Position numbers and translations under genes: made by a program
Source of the DNA: Eledone cirrhosa
Taxonomy: Eukaryota
Direction: 5' to 3'
Assembly (NCBI GenBank): GCA_964016885.1
Contig: OZ024749.1
Coordinates: forward strand, 10,416,001-10,480,000
DNA: 64,000 bases
The notes under the pieces: generated by a model
The model's input: only the letters and a program-made list of their open reading frames with translations
Databases searched by the model: none
Told to the model about the DNA's origin: nothing
In this document: piece by piece, positions 13,300 to 28,200 of the stretch
Layout of the letters: the number at the start of each line of letters is the position of its first letter
How positions within the stretch are numbered: position 1 is the stretch's first letter

Positions 13300-13620
13300 T
13301 ATGTAAAGCAACACACATACTCCACTGACACAGATTATGAATAATTAAGATTTAAAAATATAATAGACATGCATGTATAACTTTGCACTGAACTGGCAGG
13401 TAACATTTGGGAATTGATAGAATCCCCCAAAAAGTACAAGATTTCTTGGTCTGTCCTGGAATTTGCCCGTAAATATCATTTTGATGTAAAAACTTGTCAT
13501 ATTTGTAATCTAAAAATTTACTGCATAATAACTGGAAAAAACATTAATTAATATGAGACAGGAGAGAATTATTAATTGCATACATAAGCAATTTAGAGCA
13601 TTCTCTTATTACGATCCTAA
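13300..13620 (+). mobile_element. Decayed Penelope-like GIY-YIG C-terminal fragment
   Basis: From 13387: TELAGNIWELIESPKKYKISWSVLEFARKY...TCHICNL, like the TELSKHIW...W.IL...CNLC pattern of PLEs. Confidence 0.65.
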
Positions 13621-14323
13621 CTAATGAGTGATTAGAACCTAAAACCTATTCACTTATTTCCTCATTCTACCACAATAACTGTTCTACTACTTCAACATGA
13701 CAGTATCTACGCTCCCAACTTCTTTGATAAAATACCGACTATGATACTAGCAGTTAAGGACCATATGGCTGCCAGATTGATTAATGAACATTGAACTAAA
13801 TAATTGTTGTTGCCCGATGTTGTGGTCGTTTATACTAATTTTCTTTCGTGTATCACATTTACTACCTCCTAATCGTATTTTATAATAATAATAATAATAA
13901 TGAAATTATTGTGTACAGTGCTCAGGTGCACTACAACTCATCAAAGGTGCATGTATAGTACATAGAATAATGTACAAATGTCAGGAAAATAAACAGTGTA
14001 TGAGTCATGATATAATAATAACAATAATGAAATATTGTGTACAGTGCCCAGGTGCACCACAACTCATCAAAAAAGTGTTTTCTTCTTTTTCTACTTTCTT
14101 CTCTGTCCTTGTTCCCTTTTTCTTATAATCTATTCATTCATACTTGCCTTCTCATTCCACCTTGACATTGTAACTACATATCTAAGTAGTTGAATGCGAG
14201 TTAATTTGATTAAAATAATAAAATAATCAAGTGTTAGTAGTCCAAGACTTATATGTAATACAAAGTAATTCCCACTCATCTGGATTATGGTGTTTTTAAT
14301 ATTTTTGTAATTTTCTCTCTCTA

Positions 14324-14355
<32 letters not shown>

Positions 14356-14851
14356 ACGAAGGAGGTGTGATAAGGAACCAGATGGACCATAATGCACCAG
14401 AGTACTCAATACTTAGGGTAGTAGAGTGGGTAATAGGAAAATGTTTGACCCCGACGGCTATTTCTGGACTCAGTTGTCCAGAAATAGCCGTCAAAACGGC
14501 TTGAGCTCTGCCGTCGGGGTCAAACATTTTCCTATATATATATATATATATATATATCAAATTTAATATAGAAATGGCTTCTACAGGATTAGAACTATTT
14601 CATTCAAAAGAAATCATCAGGAAAGGGCTTTCCTAATTATTTCTTTTGAATGAAACAGTTCTAATCCTGTAGAAGCCATTTCTATATTAAATTTGATGTT
14701 TACACTCTACTAATGTATTGAGTACCTTACTTAGTGTGGATACCCCTAATTGAACCCAGGACTCACATATATATATCTATATATGATGGTGTTGTTGTCT
14801 GTGTGTGTATAAAGATAAAGCTAGCTATTGAAAAATAGCTGATCAAAAATC

Positions 14852-15003
14852 TCACGAGGAGATGTCCATGCCAGGCTTTATCAACAATGCTATGTCAGTT
14901 GCTTTCTCGTGCAGGTCACTCCTCTTGTTTGTCAGGAATGGTGTCAGGCTGTTCACTAACTCTTCCGATAATTTCTCTGTCAACAATGATTTGTTATCCA
15001 AGT
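14852..15003 (-). CDS. ECPAS: ECM29 terminal coding exon (DLDNKSLL...DLHEKATDIALLIKPGMDISS*)
   Basis: ttcttctctccacag acceptor, in frame to TGA at 14852-14854. Confidence 0.87.
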
Positions 15004-15037
15004 CTGTGGAGAGAAGAATTAAATATTGCATTAGGTT

Positions 15038-15071
<34 letters not shown>

Positions 15072-18000
15072 GGTGATGCTGATAATAATGATGGTGGTGA
15101 TGATAATGGCGGTAGTGATGGTGGTAGTGGTGATGATGGTAATGGTGATGATAATGGTGGTAGTGGTGGTGATGATGATGGTGGTGGTAGTGGTGGTGGT
15201 GATGGTGGTGGTAGTGGTGGTGGTGATGATGGTGATAGTGGTGGTGATGATGGTGGTGGTAGTGGTGGTGATGATGGTGGTGGTAGTGGTGGTGATGATG
15301 GTGGTGATAGTGGTGGTGATGATGGTGGTGATAGTGATGGTGGTAGTGGTGATGATGGTAATGGTGATGATGGTGGTGGTGATGATGATAGTGGTGATAA
15401 TGGTGATGGTGGTGGTAGTGGTGGTGATGATGATGGTGGTGGTAGTGGTGGTGATGATGATGGTGGTGATGGTGGTGGTGGTGATGATGTGGTGGTAGTG
15501 GTGGTGGTGATGGTAGTGGTGGTGATGATGGTGGTGGTAGTGATGATGGTGGTAGTGGTGATGATGATGGTGGTGGTAGTGATGGTGGTGATGGTGGTGG
15601 TGGTGATGATGTGGTGGTAGTGATGATGGTGGTAGTGGTGGTGATGATGGTGGTAGTGGTGATGATGATGGTGATAGTGATGATGATGGTGGTAGTGGTG
15701 ATGATGATGGTGATAGTGATGATGATGGTGGTGGTAGAGGTGGTGATGATGATGATAATGGTGATGGCGATTGCTATAAAGTGGCACTGGTGGTAGGAAG
15801 GGCATCCAACCAATGTATCAATGCCAAAACCATTATAAGCACAGCAACAAGTATATAGGAACAATAAAAATATGAAGACGTCGCATCTTAGAGTTGCCAC
15901 ACTTAACGTTGGCACTCTCACAGGTAGATCTGGTGAAATAGCGGCGATGTTGGAGAGAAGGCATGTGGATGTGTGCTGCGTGCAAGAGGTGAGATGGAGA
16001 GGTGCCTCTGCGAGACTAGTTGCAGGCAAACATCTTAGCTATAAACTTTTCTGGGTAGGTAAGGATGATGGGTTAGGGGGAGTAGGCATTTTCCTGGCTG
16101 AGAGATGGATCAATAAGACAATAGAGGTAGTTTGAGTTAGTAATCGAATAATTAAGCTTAGATTAGTTGTAGGCAGGAGACTACTGACAATCATCTCTGC
16201 CTATGCTCCCCAAGCAGGCCTAGGCAAAGATGAGAAAGACTGCTTTTACGAGCAACTTTTACAAACAGCCGCAATGACAGAGGACGGAGACATCGTTATG
16301 CTAGCAGGGGACTTCAATGGTCATGTTGGACAGCTCCAGGATGGTTACACTGGGGTACATGGTGGGCACGGTTACGGCTCAAGAAATGAAGAAGGAGTGA
16401 GACTTCTTGAATTTTGTGATGCAAGTACATTGACTATTTGCAACACTAACTTCCAGAAACCTACCAACCACCTAATAACCTACAAATCAGGCGAGCACAT
16501 AAACCAGATTAACTTCTTACTAGTTAGGCAGCGGGACTGGCAGATGGTGTCAAATACCAAGGCATACCCTGGGGAAGAATGTACCCCACAGCATAGGTTA
16601 GTCATTAGTGATATCTCGGTAAGCAAGAGATGGAATGAGACACAGGAAGGTGTGAAGAAAGGTCTGGAAGCTAAAAGACCTTTCACTAAAATACAAATTT
16701 AGGAAAGCCCTTCAAGATGTGTATGACGAAAAAGAAGACGATTTAGAGACGTATGACATAGATAATAACTGGAATTTCTTACGTGACAACTTACTGCAGG
16801 CTACTGATGAAACTTGTGGCTGGAGCAGAGCTCCAACCAGACAGAGAGTGACCTAGTGATGGAACAGCACAGTAGATAAGGCCATTAGAGACAAAAGACT
16901 AGCATGGAAGGCTTGGAAAAAGGGTGGGAGTAGAGAAGGATATACAGCCGCTAAGAGAGAAGCTAGACGTCAGGTGTACTTAGCACGCAGGGAGGCTGAG
17001 AGTAGGAGGTTTGCCAATGTTCTGCAATGGGAAGATCAGAGGCGTGCGGTGTTCCACATTGCAAGGTAGTGTGTCAATGCAAATCAGGATGTTGTTGGAG
17101 ATAAATGTGTCCGGAATGATGCCGGTGTACTTAGTGTCACAATTGATCAGAAAAAGGAGGCCTGGAAATGTCATTATGAGAGAGTGATGAGTGTGGAGAA
17201 CGAATGGGAGAGAGGGAAATTACCCTCAGTAGATCCGACAGAGGGACCAGCTATTGAGATTGACGAATATAGGGTCCAAGAGGCGATTAAGGAAATTAAA
17301 ACTAGTAAGGCTGCTGGACCGTCGGGGATAGTTGCTGAGATACTGAAGGCATCAGGGGACGTAGGCACTAAACTGGTTGCACGCATCATCAATCAGGCTA
17401 TATATGGTGGTGTCATACCCAAAGACTGGTGCAGCAGTATTATCATAAATTGCTACAAAGGTAAAGGGGATGCTCTGGAGAGGAGCAATTATAGGGGTAT
17501 AAAACTGATAGATCAGGTTATGAAACTGGTACAACTAATTAGAGAAAGGGTCAAGCTAGATGAGATGCAGTTTGGTTTTGTGCCTGGAAAAAGTACAACA
17601 GATGCCCTCTTCTTGGCGAGACAATTACAAGAGAGGTTCTTAGAGAAGAATAAGCCACTATACTTAGCCTTTGTTGACCTGGAGAAGGCCTTTGATAGGG
17701 TACTCCTATCTGTCATCTGGTGGTCCCTAAGGAAACTAGGTGTTGAGGAATGGCTTGTGAGGACAGTGCAAGCTAATGTACAGAGGTGATGTCAGTAAAA
17801 TGAAGGTAGGAATGGAGTTTAGTGAGGAATTCCAGGTACAAGTAGGAGTACATCAGAGTTCAGTACTCAGCCCGCTCTTGTTCATTATAGTCCTCCAAGC
17901 CATAACAGAGGAGTTTAAGACTGGCTGTCCATGGGAACTTCTCTATGCTGATGATCTGGTTCTTATAGCAGAATCAGTAGAGGAGCTAGAGAATAAATTC

Positions 18001-19247
18001 TGGCTATGGAAACAGCAGTTGGAAGCAAGAGGACTGAGAGTGAATATAGCTAAGACAAAAGTGTTGATGAGTAGAAAAGAGGACAAAACTCTGATTCCAT
18101 CAGGGAAATGGCCATGTTCGATATGCAGAAAAGGAACTGGCATAAATTCTATAAAAACCACACAATGCAGATCCTGGGTACACAAGAGATGTAGTGGGAT
18201 AGCAGGTAAACTAACAGGTAGGGAGAAATACGTATGCAGTAGATGTACAGGGAAATTAGACAGTAGAAGTTGCATTGATAGACACATTTTTCAAATGCAG
18301 GCAGGTGCTATAGAAGTGGTGGATAGCTTCCGGTACCTAGGAGATCAGATTAGCATGGGAGGGGGGTGTTCCGCGGCCATAGTATCTAGAATAAGGACGG
18401 GTTGGAAGAAGTTTAGGGAGCTGCTTCCTCTGCTGACGAAGAAGGGTTTCTCCCTGCGTATGAAAGGCCGGTTATATGATGCCTGTGTGAGGAGCACAAT
18501 GTTGCATGGTAGTGAGACATGGGCAGCAACTGCAGAGGATATGCGACGGCTGGAGAGAAATGAGGCAAGTATGCTCCGTTGGATGTGCAATGTAAATGTG
18601 TGTGAACGACCCAGCATGGATGTGTTGAGAGAGAAATTGTGTCTGCGAGGGATAGAATGTAGTGTGCGAAAGAGGAGACTGAGGTGGTATGGACATGTGA
18701 TGCGCATGGAGGATGACCGATGAGTGAAGAAGTGCCAGGAAATGCCAGTTGAAGGAAGACATGGTAGAGGTAGGCCACGAAAAACATGGGCGGAGGTGAT
18801 GAGAACAGACGTCAGATCGCTGAAGCCCACGGTGGAGATGACGAAGGACCGTGACAAGTGGAGAGATGCTGTGCTGAATAAGACCTGTCCCACCCTTGCA
18901 AGCAGGGTAAAGCGGACGTAAATGATGATGATGATCATAGTGGTGATTGTACTTTCAGATTAAGTCTAGGATAATACAGAGAGGCTTCAGCTATTTATTT
19001 TAACAAACAGCTGTAGAAATGAGATGATAGGACTGGGGTCCCTATCATTCCACTGCAAAGTGGTCGTGGAGGTACCACAGCAAAAAAGCACCCAGCCCAC
19101 ACTGTAAAGTGGACCTGTAGGTGCCATGGATAAAAAGGACCCAGCACTCACTGTAAATGAGGTTGGTGTTAGGAAGGGCATCCAGCTGTAGAAATCAAGC
19201 CAGAATCAGTTCCCGTCCCACCCTTGCAAGCAGGGAAAAGTGGACAT

Positions 19248-19291
<44 letters not shown>

Positions 19292-22200
19292 ATGTAAATA
19301 AAGACAAAGTTCTCACCATGTAGCTTCTGGACAATTTGTGATATCACAACCATTGCTTCCGATCTTATCATAGAATATTTTACGTTACCTGTTCACAGAA
19401 GAAATCAAAATGACACAATATTGGTTAACACATTCACAATAATAAACTTTCTTCTTTTGGGACAGTTCAAAACTACAACAAAATCCTGCTCATGTATTCC
19501 ATACTTTAGCGTGGTTTCTATGTCTAGATATCCTTCCTAATGCCGACCACTTTGCAGAGTGTCCTAAGTGCATTTTATCATGATACCAGCACTAGCTTTA
19601 CAGAGTGTACTGGGTGTATTTTATTGTGGCACCAACGCTACCACTTTACAGAGTGTTCTGGATGCATTTTACTGTGACACCAACACTACCACTTTACAGA
19701 GTGTACTGATGCATTTTACTGTGACACCAACACTACCACTTTACAGAGTGTACTGGATGCATTTTACTGTGACACCAACACTACCACTTTACAGAGTGTA
19801 CTGGGTGTATTTTATTGTGGCACCAACGCTACCACTTTCCAGAATGTACTGGGTGTATTTTATTGTGGCACCAACACTACCACTTTACAGAGTGTACTGG
19901 ATGCATTTTACTGTGACACCAACACTACCACTTTACAGAGTGTACTGGGTGTATTTTATTGTGGCACCAACACTACCACTTTCCAGAATGTACTGGGTGT
20001 ATTTTACTGTGGCACCAGCACTACCACTTTACAGAGTGTTCTGGGTGTATTTTATTGTGATAACAGCACTACCACTTACAGAGTGTACTGGATGCATTTT
20101 ACTGTGACACCAACACTACCACTTTACAGAGTGTACTGGGTGTATTTTATTGTGGCACCAACACTACCATTTTACAGAGTGGACTTGGTGTATTTTATCA
20201 TGATACCAGTACTACCACTTTACAGAGTGTACTGGATGCATTTTACTGTGACACCAACACTACCACTTTACAGAGTGTACTGGATGCATTTTACTGTGAC
20301 ACCAACACTACCACTTTACAGAGTGTACTGGGTGTATTTTATTGTGGCACTAATGCTACCACTTTCCAGAATGTACTGGGTGTATTTTACTGTGGCACCA
20401 ACACTACCACTTTACAGAGTGTTCTGGGTGTATTTTATTGTGATAACAGCACTACCACTTACAGAGTGGATTAGGTGTATTTTACTGTGGCACCAACACT
20501 ACCACTTTACAGTGTACTGGGTGTATTTTATTGTGGCACCAACACTACCACTATACAGAGTGTACTGGGTGTATTTTATTGTGATAACAGCACTACCACT
20601 TACAGTGTGGACTAGGTGTATTTTATCATGTCACCAGTACTACCATTTTAGAGCGTACTGGGTTATTTTATCATGTCACCAGCACTAACATTTTACAGAG
20701 TGTACTGGGTGCATTATACTGTGTGTATCTGAGTTCAGAATAGATCAACCGTATCAAGTCTATTGAATTGAGCCCCCACTCCTTATGATCATCTCCTTTC
20801 CTTTTTCCTGAATTTAAACTTGAACACTTTAATATTGAGGCAGTTTGAGGTGAGCTGGTATTGAAAGGGTTAATCTTACCTAAACATGGTATGACAGCTG
20901 ACAGGAGTTGGTTAATAATCTTGCTCACCAATTCACCATTACTGCTCACAGCATTCTGATCTTTCCAGATCAATAACCTGATAAGAACAAATAAATATAA
21001 TCATTAAACAGTTAAATCTTTCAATGGTAATTTTTGTTAGTATTTTATAGTCTAAGACAAGGAAACACTTCTACTGTTGCTACTGTCACCACCAACACCC
21101 ACCTCATGTGTTTCCTCTCCATGGTGAAATGGGTTGGGCAGGCCTTTAAAGTTTCAGACAAATGCTGGGGAAACATATTGCTCATACATTCCATTCCTGG
21201 CATGATTTTTATGGCTGGAAGCCCTTCCTAATACCAACCAACTTGCAGAGAGTAATGAGTGCATTTTATCATGTTACTAGCACTACCATTTTACAGTGTG
21301 TACTGAGTACATTTTATTGTGGCACCAACACTACCACTTTAGATAGTGTACAGGGTGCATTTAATAGGGTCACCAACTCTACCACTTTAGATAGTGTACT
21401 GGGTGTATTTTATTGTGTCACCAGCACTACCACTTTAGATAGTGTACTGGGTGTATTTTATTGTCACCATCACTACCACTTTAGATAGTGTACTGGGTGT
21501 ATTTTATTGTGTCACCAGCACTACCACTTTAGATAGTGTACTGGGTGTATTTTATTGTGTCACCAGCACTACCACTTTAGATAGTGTACTGGGTGTATTT
21601 TATTGTCACCAGCTCTACCACTTTAGATAGTGTACTGGGTGTATTTTATTGTCACCAGCTCTACCACTTTAGATAGTGTACTGGGTGTATTTTATTGTGT
21701 CACCAGCACTACCACTTTAGATAGTGTACTGGGTGTATTTTATTGTCACCAGCTCTACCACTTTAGATAGTGTACTGGGTGTATTTTATTGTGTCACCAG
21801 CTCTACCACTTTAGATAGTGTACTGGGTGTATTTTATTGTCACCATCACTACCACTTTAGATAGTGTACTGGGTGTATTTTATTGTGTCACCAGCTCTAC
21901 CACTTTAGATAGTGTACTGGGTGTATTTTATTGTCACCAGCACTACCACTTTAGATAGTGTACTAGGTGTATTTTATTGTCACCAGCTCTACCACTTTAG
22001 ATAGTGTACTGGGTGTATTTTATTGTGTCACCAGCTCTACCACTTTAGATAGTGTACTGGGTGTATTTTATTGTCACCATCACTACCACTTTAGATAGTG
22101 TACTGGGTGTATTTTATTGTGTCACCAGCTCTACCACTTTAGATAGTGTACTGGGTGTATTTTATTGTGTCACCAGCTCTACCACTTTAGATAGTGTACT

Positions 22201-25200
22201 GGGTGTATTTTATTGTCACCATCACTACCACTTTAGATAGTGTACTGGGTGTATTTTATTGTGTCACCAGCTCTACCACTTTAGATAGTGTACTGGGTGT
22301 ATTTTATTGGGTCACCAGCTCTACCACTTTAGATAGTGTACTGGGTGTATTTTATTGTGTCACCATCACTACCACTTTAGATAGTGTACTGGGTGTATTT
22401 TATTGTGTCACCATCACTACCACTTTAGATAGGGTAGTGGGTGTATTTTATTGTGTCACCAGCACTACCACTTTAGATAGTGTACTGGGTGTATTTTATT
22501 GTGTCACCATCACTACCACTTTAGATAGTGTACTGGGTGTATTTTATTGTGTCACCATCACTACCACTTTAGATAGGGTAGTGGGTGTATTTTATTGTGT
22601 CACCAGCACTACCACTTTAGATAGTGTACTGGGTGTATTTTATTGTGTCACCATCACTACCACTTTAGATAGGGTACTGGGTGTATTTTATTGTGTCACC
22701 AGCTCTACCACTTTAGATAGGGTACTGGGTGTATTTTATTGTCACCAGCTCTACCACTTTAGATAGTGTACTGGGTGTATTTTATTGTGTCACCAGTACT
22801 ACCACTTTAGATAGTGTACTGGGTGTATTTTATTGTCACCAGCTCTACCACTTTAGATAGGGTACTGGGTGTATTTTATTGTGTCACCAGCACTACCACT
22901 TTAGATAGGGTACTGGGTGTATTTTATTGTCACCAGCTCTACCACTTTAGATAGTGTACTGGGTGTATTTTATTGTGTCACCAGCACTACCACTTTAGAT
23001 AGTGTACTGGGTGTATTTTATTGTGTCACCATCACTACCACTTTAGATAGGGTACTGGGTGTATTTTATTGTGTCACCAGCTCTACCACTTTAGATAGGG
23101 TACTGGGTGTATTTTATTGTCACCAGCTCTACCACTTTAGATAGTGTACTGGGTGTATTTTATTGTGTCACCAGTACTACCACTTTAGATAGTGTACTGG
23201 GTGTATTTTATTGTCACCAGCTCTACCACTTTAGATAGGGTACTGGGTGTATTTTATTGTGTCACCAGCTCTACCACTTTAGATAGTGTACTGGGTGTAT
23301 TTTATTGTCACCAGCTCTACCACTTTAGATAGTGTACTGGGTGTATTTTATTGTGTCACCATCTCTACCACTTTAGATAGTGTACTGGGTGTATTTTATT
23401 GTCACCAGCTCTACCACTTTAGATAGTGTACTGGGTGTATTTTATTGTGTCACCATCACTACCACTTTAGATAGGGTACTGGGTGTATTTTATTGTCACC
23501 ATCACTACCACTTTAGATAGTGTACTGGGTGTATTTTATTGTGTCACCAGCTCTACCACTTTAGATAGTGTACTGGGTGTATTTTATTGTGTCACCAGTA
23601 CTACCACTTTAGATAGTGTACTGGGTGTATTTTATTGTGTCACCAGCTCTACCACTTTAGATAGGGTACTGGGTGTATTTTATTGTCACCAGCTCTACCA
23701 CTTTAGATAGGGTACTGGGTGTATTTTATTGTGTCACCAGCACTACCACTTTAGATAGTGTACTGGGTGTATTTTATTGTCACCAGCTCTACCACTTTAG
23801 ATAGTGTACTGGGTGTATTTTATTGTGTCACCAGCACTACCACTTTAGATAGTGTACTGGGTGTATTTTATTGTCACCAGCTCTACCACTTTAGATAGGG
23901 TACTGGGTGTATTTTATTGTGTCACCAGCACTACCACTTTAGATAGTGTACTGGGTGTATTTTATTGTGTCACCAGCACTACCACTTTAGATAGTGTACT
24001 GGGTGTATTTTATTGTGTCACCAGCACTACCACTTTAGATAGTGTACTGGGTGTATTTTATTGTGTCACCAGCACTACCACTTTAGATAGTGTACTGGGT
24101 GTATTTTATTGTGTCACCAGCACTACCACTTTAGATAGTGTACTGGGTGTATTTTATTGTGTCACCAGCACTACCACTTTAGATAGTGTACTGGGTGTAT
24201 TTTATTGTGTCACCAGCACTACCACTTTAGATAGTGTACTGGGTGTATTTTATTGTGTCACCAGCACTACCACTTTAGATAGTGTACTGGGTGTATTTTA
24301 TTGTGTCACCAGCACTACCACTTTAGATAGTGTACTGGGTGTATTTTATTGTGTCACCAGCACTACCACTTTAGATAGTGTACTGAGTGTATTTTATTGT
24401 GTCACCATCACTACCACTTTAGATAGGGTACTGGGTGTATTTTATTGTGTCACCAGCTCTACCACTTTAGATAGTGTACTGGGTGTATTTTATTGTCACC
24501 AGCTCTACCACTTTAGATAGGGTACTGGGTGTATTTTATTGTCACCAGCTCTACCACTTTAGATAGGGTACTGGGTGTATTTTATTGTGTCACCAGCACT
24601 ACCACTTTAGATAGTGTACTGGGTGTATTTTATTGTCACCAGCTCTACCACTTTAGATAGGGTACTGGGTGTATTTTATTCTATCACAGATGAGATGACA
24701 GAGGAAATAGAATCACAGAATGGTGCTCCGTCACAAAACTGTTTGATATGTATCAGCATAGATATATCCTAGCCCCTACCCACAACTATTTACCAAACTA
24801 CACTCACCTGTTCAGGTATATCTGTATAGACTTCATTATTGTTATCTGTAACTTCCACACACCTTTCATAAATGAATGACATAGCTGTTCACAAAACAAC
24901 ACTTGATAAGAATCTGGAAATAAAGGAGAAGATATTTGTGCAGTGTGATGGGAGGTTGTTTGTGAAAGGCATAGTTTGTAATAGTGCTATTGATGTTACA
25001 CCTGTTATTAGACCCTGTTAAAAAACAGTGGCGTAGCCAGAGGGTGTGCCACCCAGGGTTGGCCTACAATCTGTTCCCCCATACCTACATATATATGCTT
25101 CTACTAGAGATCCAAAAGAGCATCCCACTTCATAAAAGTGTTGCCCGGAGCTGCCCCCTTCCCTAGCTGCGCTATTGTTTTACGGTCAGATGCCCTTTCT

Positions 25201-28200
25201 GGTAGCAACTCTTTTAGCTGCATCTTACGCAGTGCAGAGATACAGTATACCTATTCTAAATTGGATACATCATCATCATTTTATGTCCACTTTTCCCTGC
25301 TTGTAAGAGTGGGATGGGAACTGATTCTGGCTTGATTTCTACAGCTGGATGCCCTTCCTAACACCAACCTCATTTACAGTGAGTGCAGGGTGCTTTTTTT
25401 CCGTGGCACCTACACATCCACTTTACAGTGAGTGCTGGGTGCTTTTTTTCTGTGGCACCTACACATCCACTTTACAGTGTGGGCTGGGTGCTTTTTTGCC
25501 GTGGCACCTCCACGACCACTTTGCAGTGGAATGATAGAGACCCCAGTCCCTATCATCTCATTTCTACAGCTGAGTAAACTGGAGCAATGTGAAATAAAGT
25601 GTCTTGCTCAAGGAAACAACACATCACCTGGTCTGAGAATTGAACTCACAACCTTTCGATTGCAAGCCTAATGCTCTAACCACTAAGCCATGTGCCTCCA
25701 TACATATACTGTGAACATGTTACTTTGGAGACATGTTGGATGTAGAAGGTGTGTCAAACTTTGTTAGAATCTAGAGTGAAATACACAAGGGTTCCCGAGT
25801 TCTGTCACTTAACACCAATAAAACCGAGCTCAGCCTGATAAACCTCTGCAACTTGAGGCACACAAACTTTTTAACTCATTGGTACTCTTCTTATTCTTGT
25901 ACTACATCATCTTTATGACTGATTTTTTAAATATTACATCATCACTTGCACTCACTTCAGACAAACACAACAACACTATTACATCAACAAAAAAACATTC
26001 TTTCCAATTCTGCTGCTTGATGTTCACCACCAACGTCTCACCCATGTGCCAAAGCATATTTCTCACATGTGCATCATACACCTCTCTTTTCAATTAGCAT
26101 ACTATTCACTTCCTAGAATTTCTTCAGCATACATTTCACTCTAGATTCTGTCACAAGCTAACAATTTTGGGGAAGAGGGAAAGGGGAATCAATTATATTA
26201 ATACCCGTATTTTACTGGTATTTTATCAAACCTGGAAGGATGAAAGGTAAAGATGACTTCAGCAGAATTTGAGCTCTAGATTCTGACCCAATGTGAATGA
26301 AATGACTTTCTCAAGGACATATGACTCTAACCCCCTAACCTAAGAGGGAATATTTAAAATCTGTCTGAAGCTTGGATGCTCGTATCCCAGTTTCCTTGAG
26401 GTTAAGCGACCGAGAGTACAAGAAACCCCACTGGACAGGACGTTAGTCCATTGCAGGATTAAACCCCCAATTATTGCTGGCACTCCTTTTCAGCTGTACT
26501 GGAGCAACATGAAATGAAGTGTCTTGCTCAAGAACACAACAGACAACCTACTCCAAGAATCAAACCCATGACATTAAGATTGTAGTAATTTAAACACCTT
26601 TACCACTAGGCCACACACCTCCACAGAACACCTTTACCACTAGGCCACACACCTCCACAGAACACCTTTACCACTAGGCCACACACCTCCACAGAACACC
26701 TTTACCACTAGGCTACGCACCTCCACAGAACACCTTTACCACTAGGCCACACACCTCCACAGAACACCTTTACCACTAGGCTACACACCTCCACAGAACA
26801 CCTTTACCACTAGGCCACACACCTCCACAGAACACCTTTACCACTAGGCTACACACCTCCACAGAACACCTTTACCACTAGGCTACACACCTCCACAGAA
26901 CACCTTTACCACTAGGCCACACACCTCCACAGAACACCTTTACCACTAGGCCACACACCTCCACAGAACACCTTTACCACTAGGCCACACACCTCCACAG
27001 AACACCTTTACCACTAGGCTACACACCTCCACAGAACACCTTTACCACTAGGCTACACACCTCCACAGAACACCTTTACCACTAGGCCACACACCTCCAC
27101 AGAACACCTTTACCACTAGGCTACACACCTCCACAGAACACCTTTACCACTAGGCTACACACCTCCACAGAACACCTTTACCACTAGGCTACACACCTCC
27201 ACAGAACACCTTTACCACTAGGCTACATACCTCCACAGAACACCTTTACCACTAGGCTACACACCTCCACAGAACACCTTTACCACTAGGCTAGGCACCT
27301 CCACAGAACACCTTTACCACTAGGCTACACACCTCCACAGAACACCTTTACCACTAGGCCACACACCTCCACAGAACACCTTTACCACTAGGCCACACAC
27401 CTCCACAGAACAACTTTACCACTAGGCCACACACCTCCACAGAACACCTTTACCACTAGGCTACACACCTCCACAGGACACATTTACCACTAGGCTACAC
27501 ACCTCCACAGAACACCTTTACCACTAGGCCACACACCTCCACAGAACACCTTTACCACTAGGCCACACACCTCCACAGAACACCTTTACCACTAGGCTAC
27601 ACACCTCCACAGGACACATTTACCACTAGGCTACACACCTCCACAGAACACCTTTACCACTAGGCTACACACCTCCACAGAACACCTTTACCGCTAGGCC
27701 ACACACCTCCACAGAACACCTTTACCACTAGGCCACACACCTCCACAGAACACCTTTACCACTAGGCCACACACCTCCACAGAACACCTTTACCACTAGG
27801 CCACACACCTCCACAGAACACCTTTACCACTAGGCCACACACCTCCACAGAACACCTTTACCACTAGGCTACACACCTCCACAGGACACATTTACCACTA
27901 GGCTACACACCTCCACAGAACACCTTTACCACTAGGCTACGCACCTCCACAGAACACCTTTACCACTAGGCCACACACCTCCACAGAACACCTTTACCAC
28001 TAGGCTACACACCTCCACAGAACACCTTTACCACTAGGCCACACACCTCCACAGAACACCTTTACCACTAGGCTACACACCTCCACAGAACACCTTTACC
28101 ACTAGGCTACACACCTCCACAGAACACCTTTACCACTAGGCCACACACCTCCACAGAACACCTTTACCACTAGGCCACACACCTCCACAGAACACCTTTA

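Noticed and set aside
14862-16029. His-, Pro-, Gly- or Val-rich ORFs
   Set aside because: They are translations of a trinucleotide microsatellite; only 14852-15003 on the minus strand is a real exon.
19568-24520. 16-aa repeat ORFs (VTSTTTLDSVLGVFYC and similar)
   Set aside because: The 48-bp unit is divisible by three, and frequent 46/47-bp units shift the frame, so there is no sign of coding constraint.
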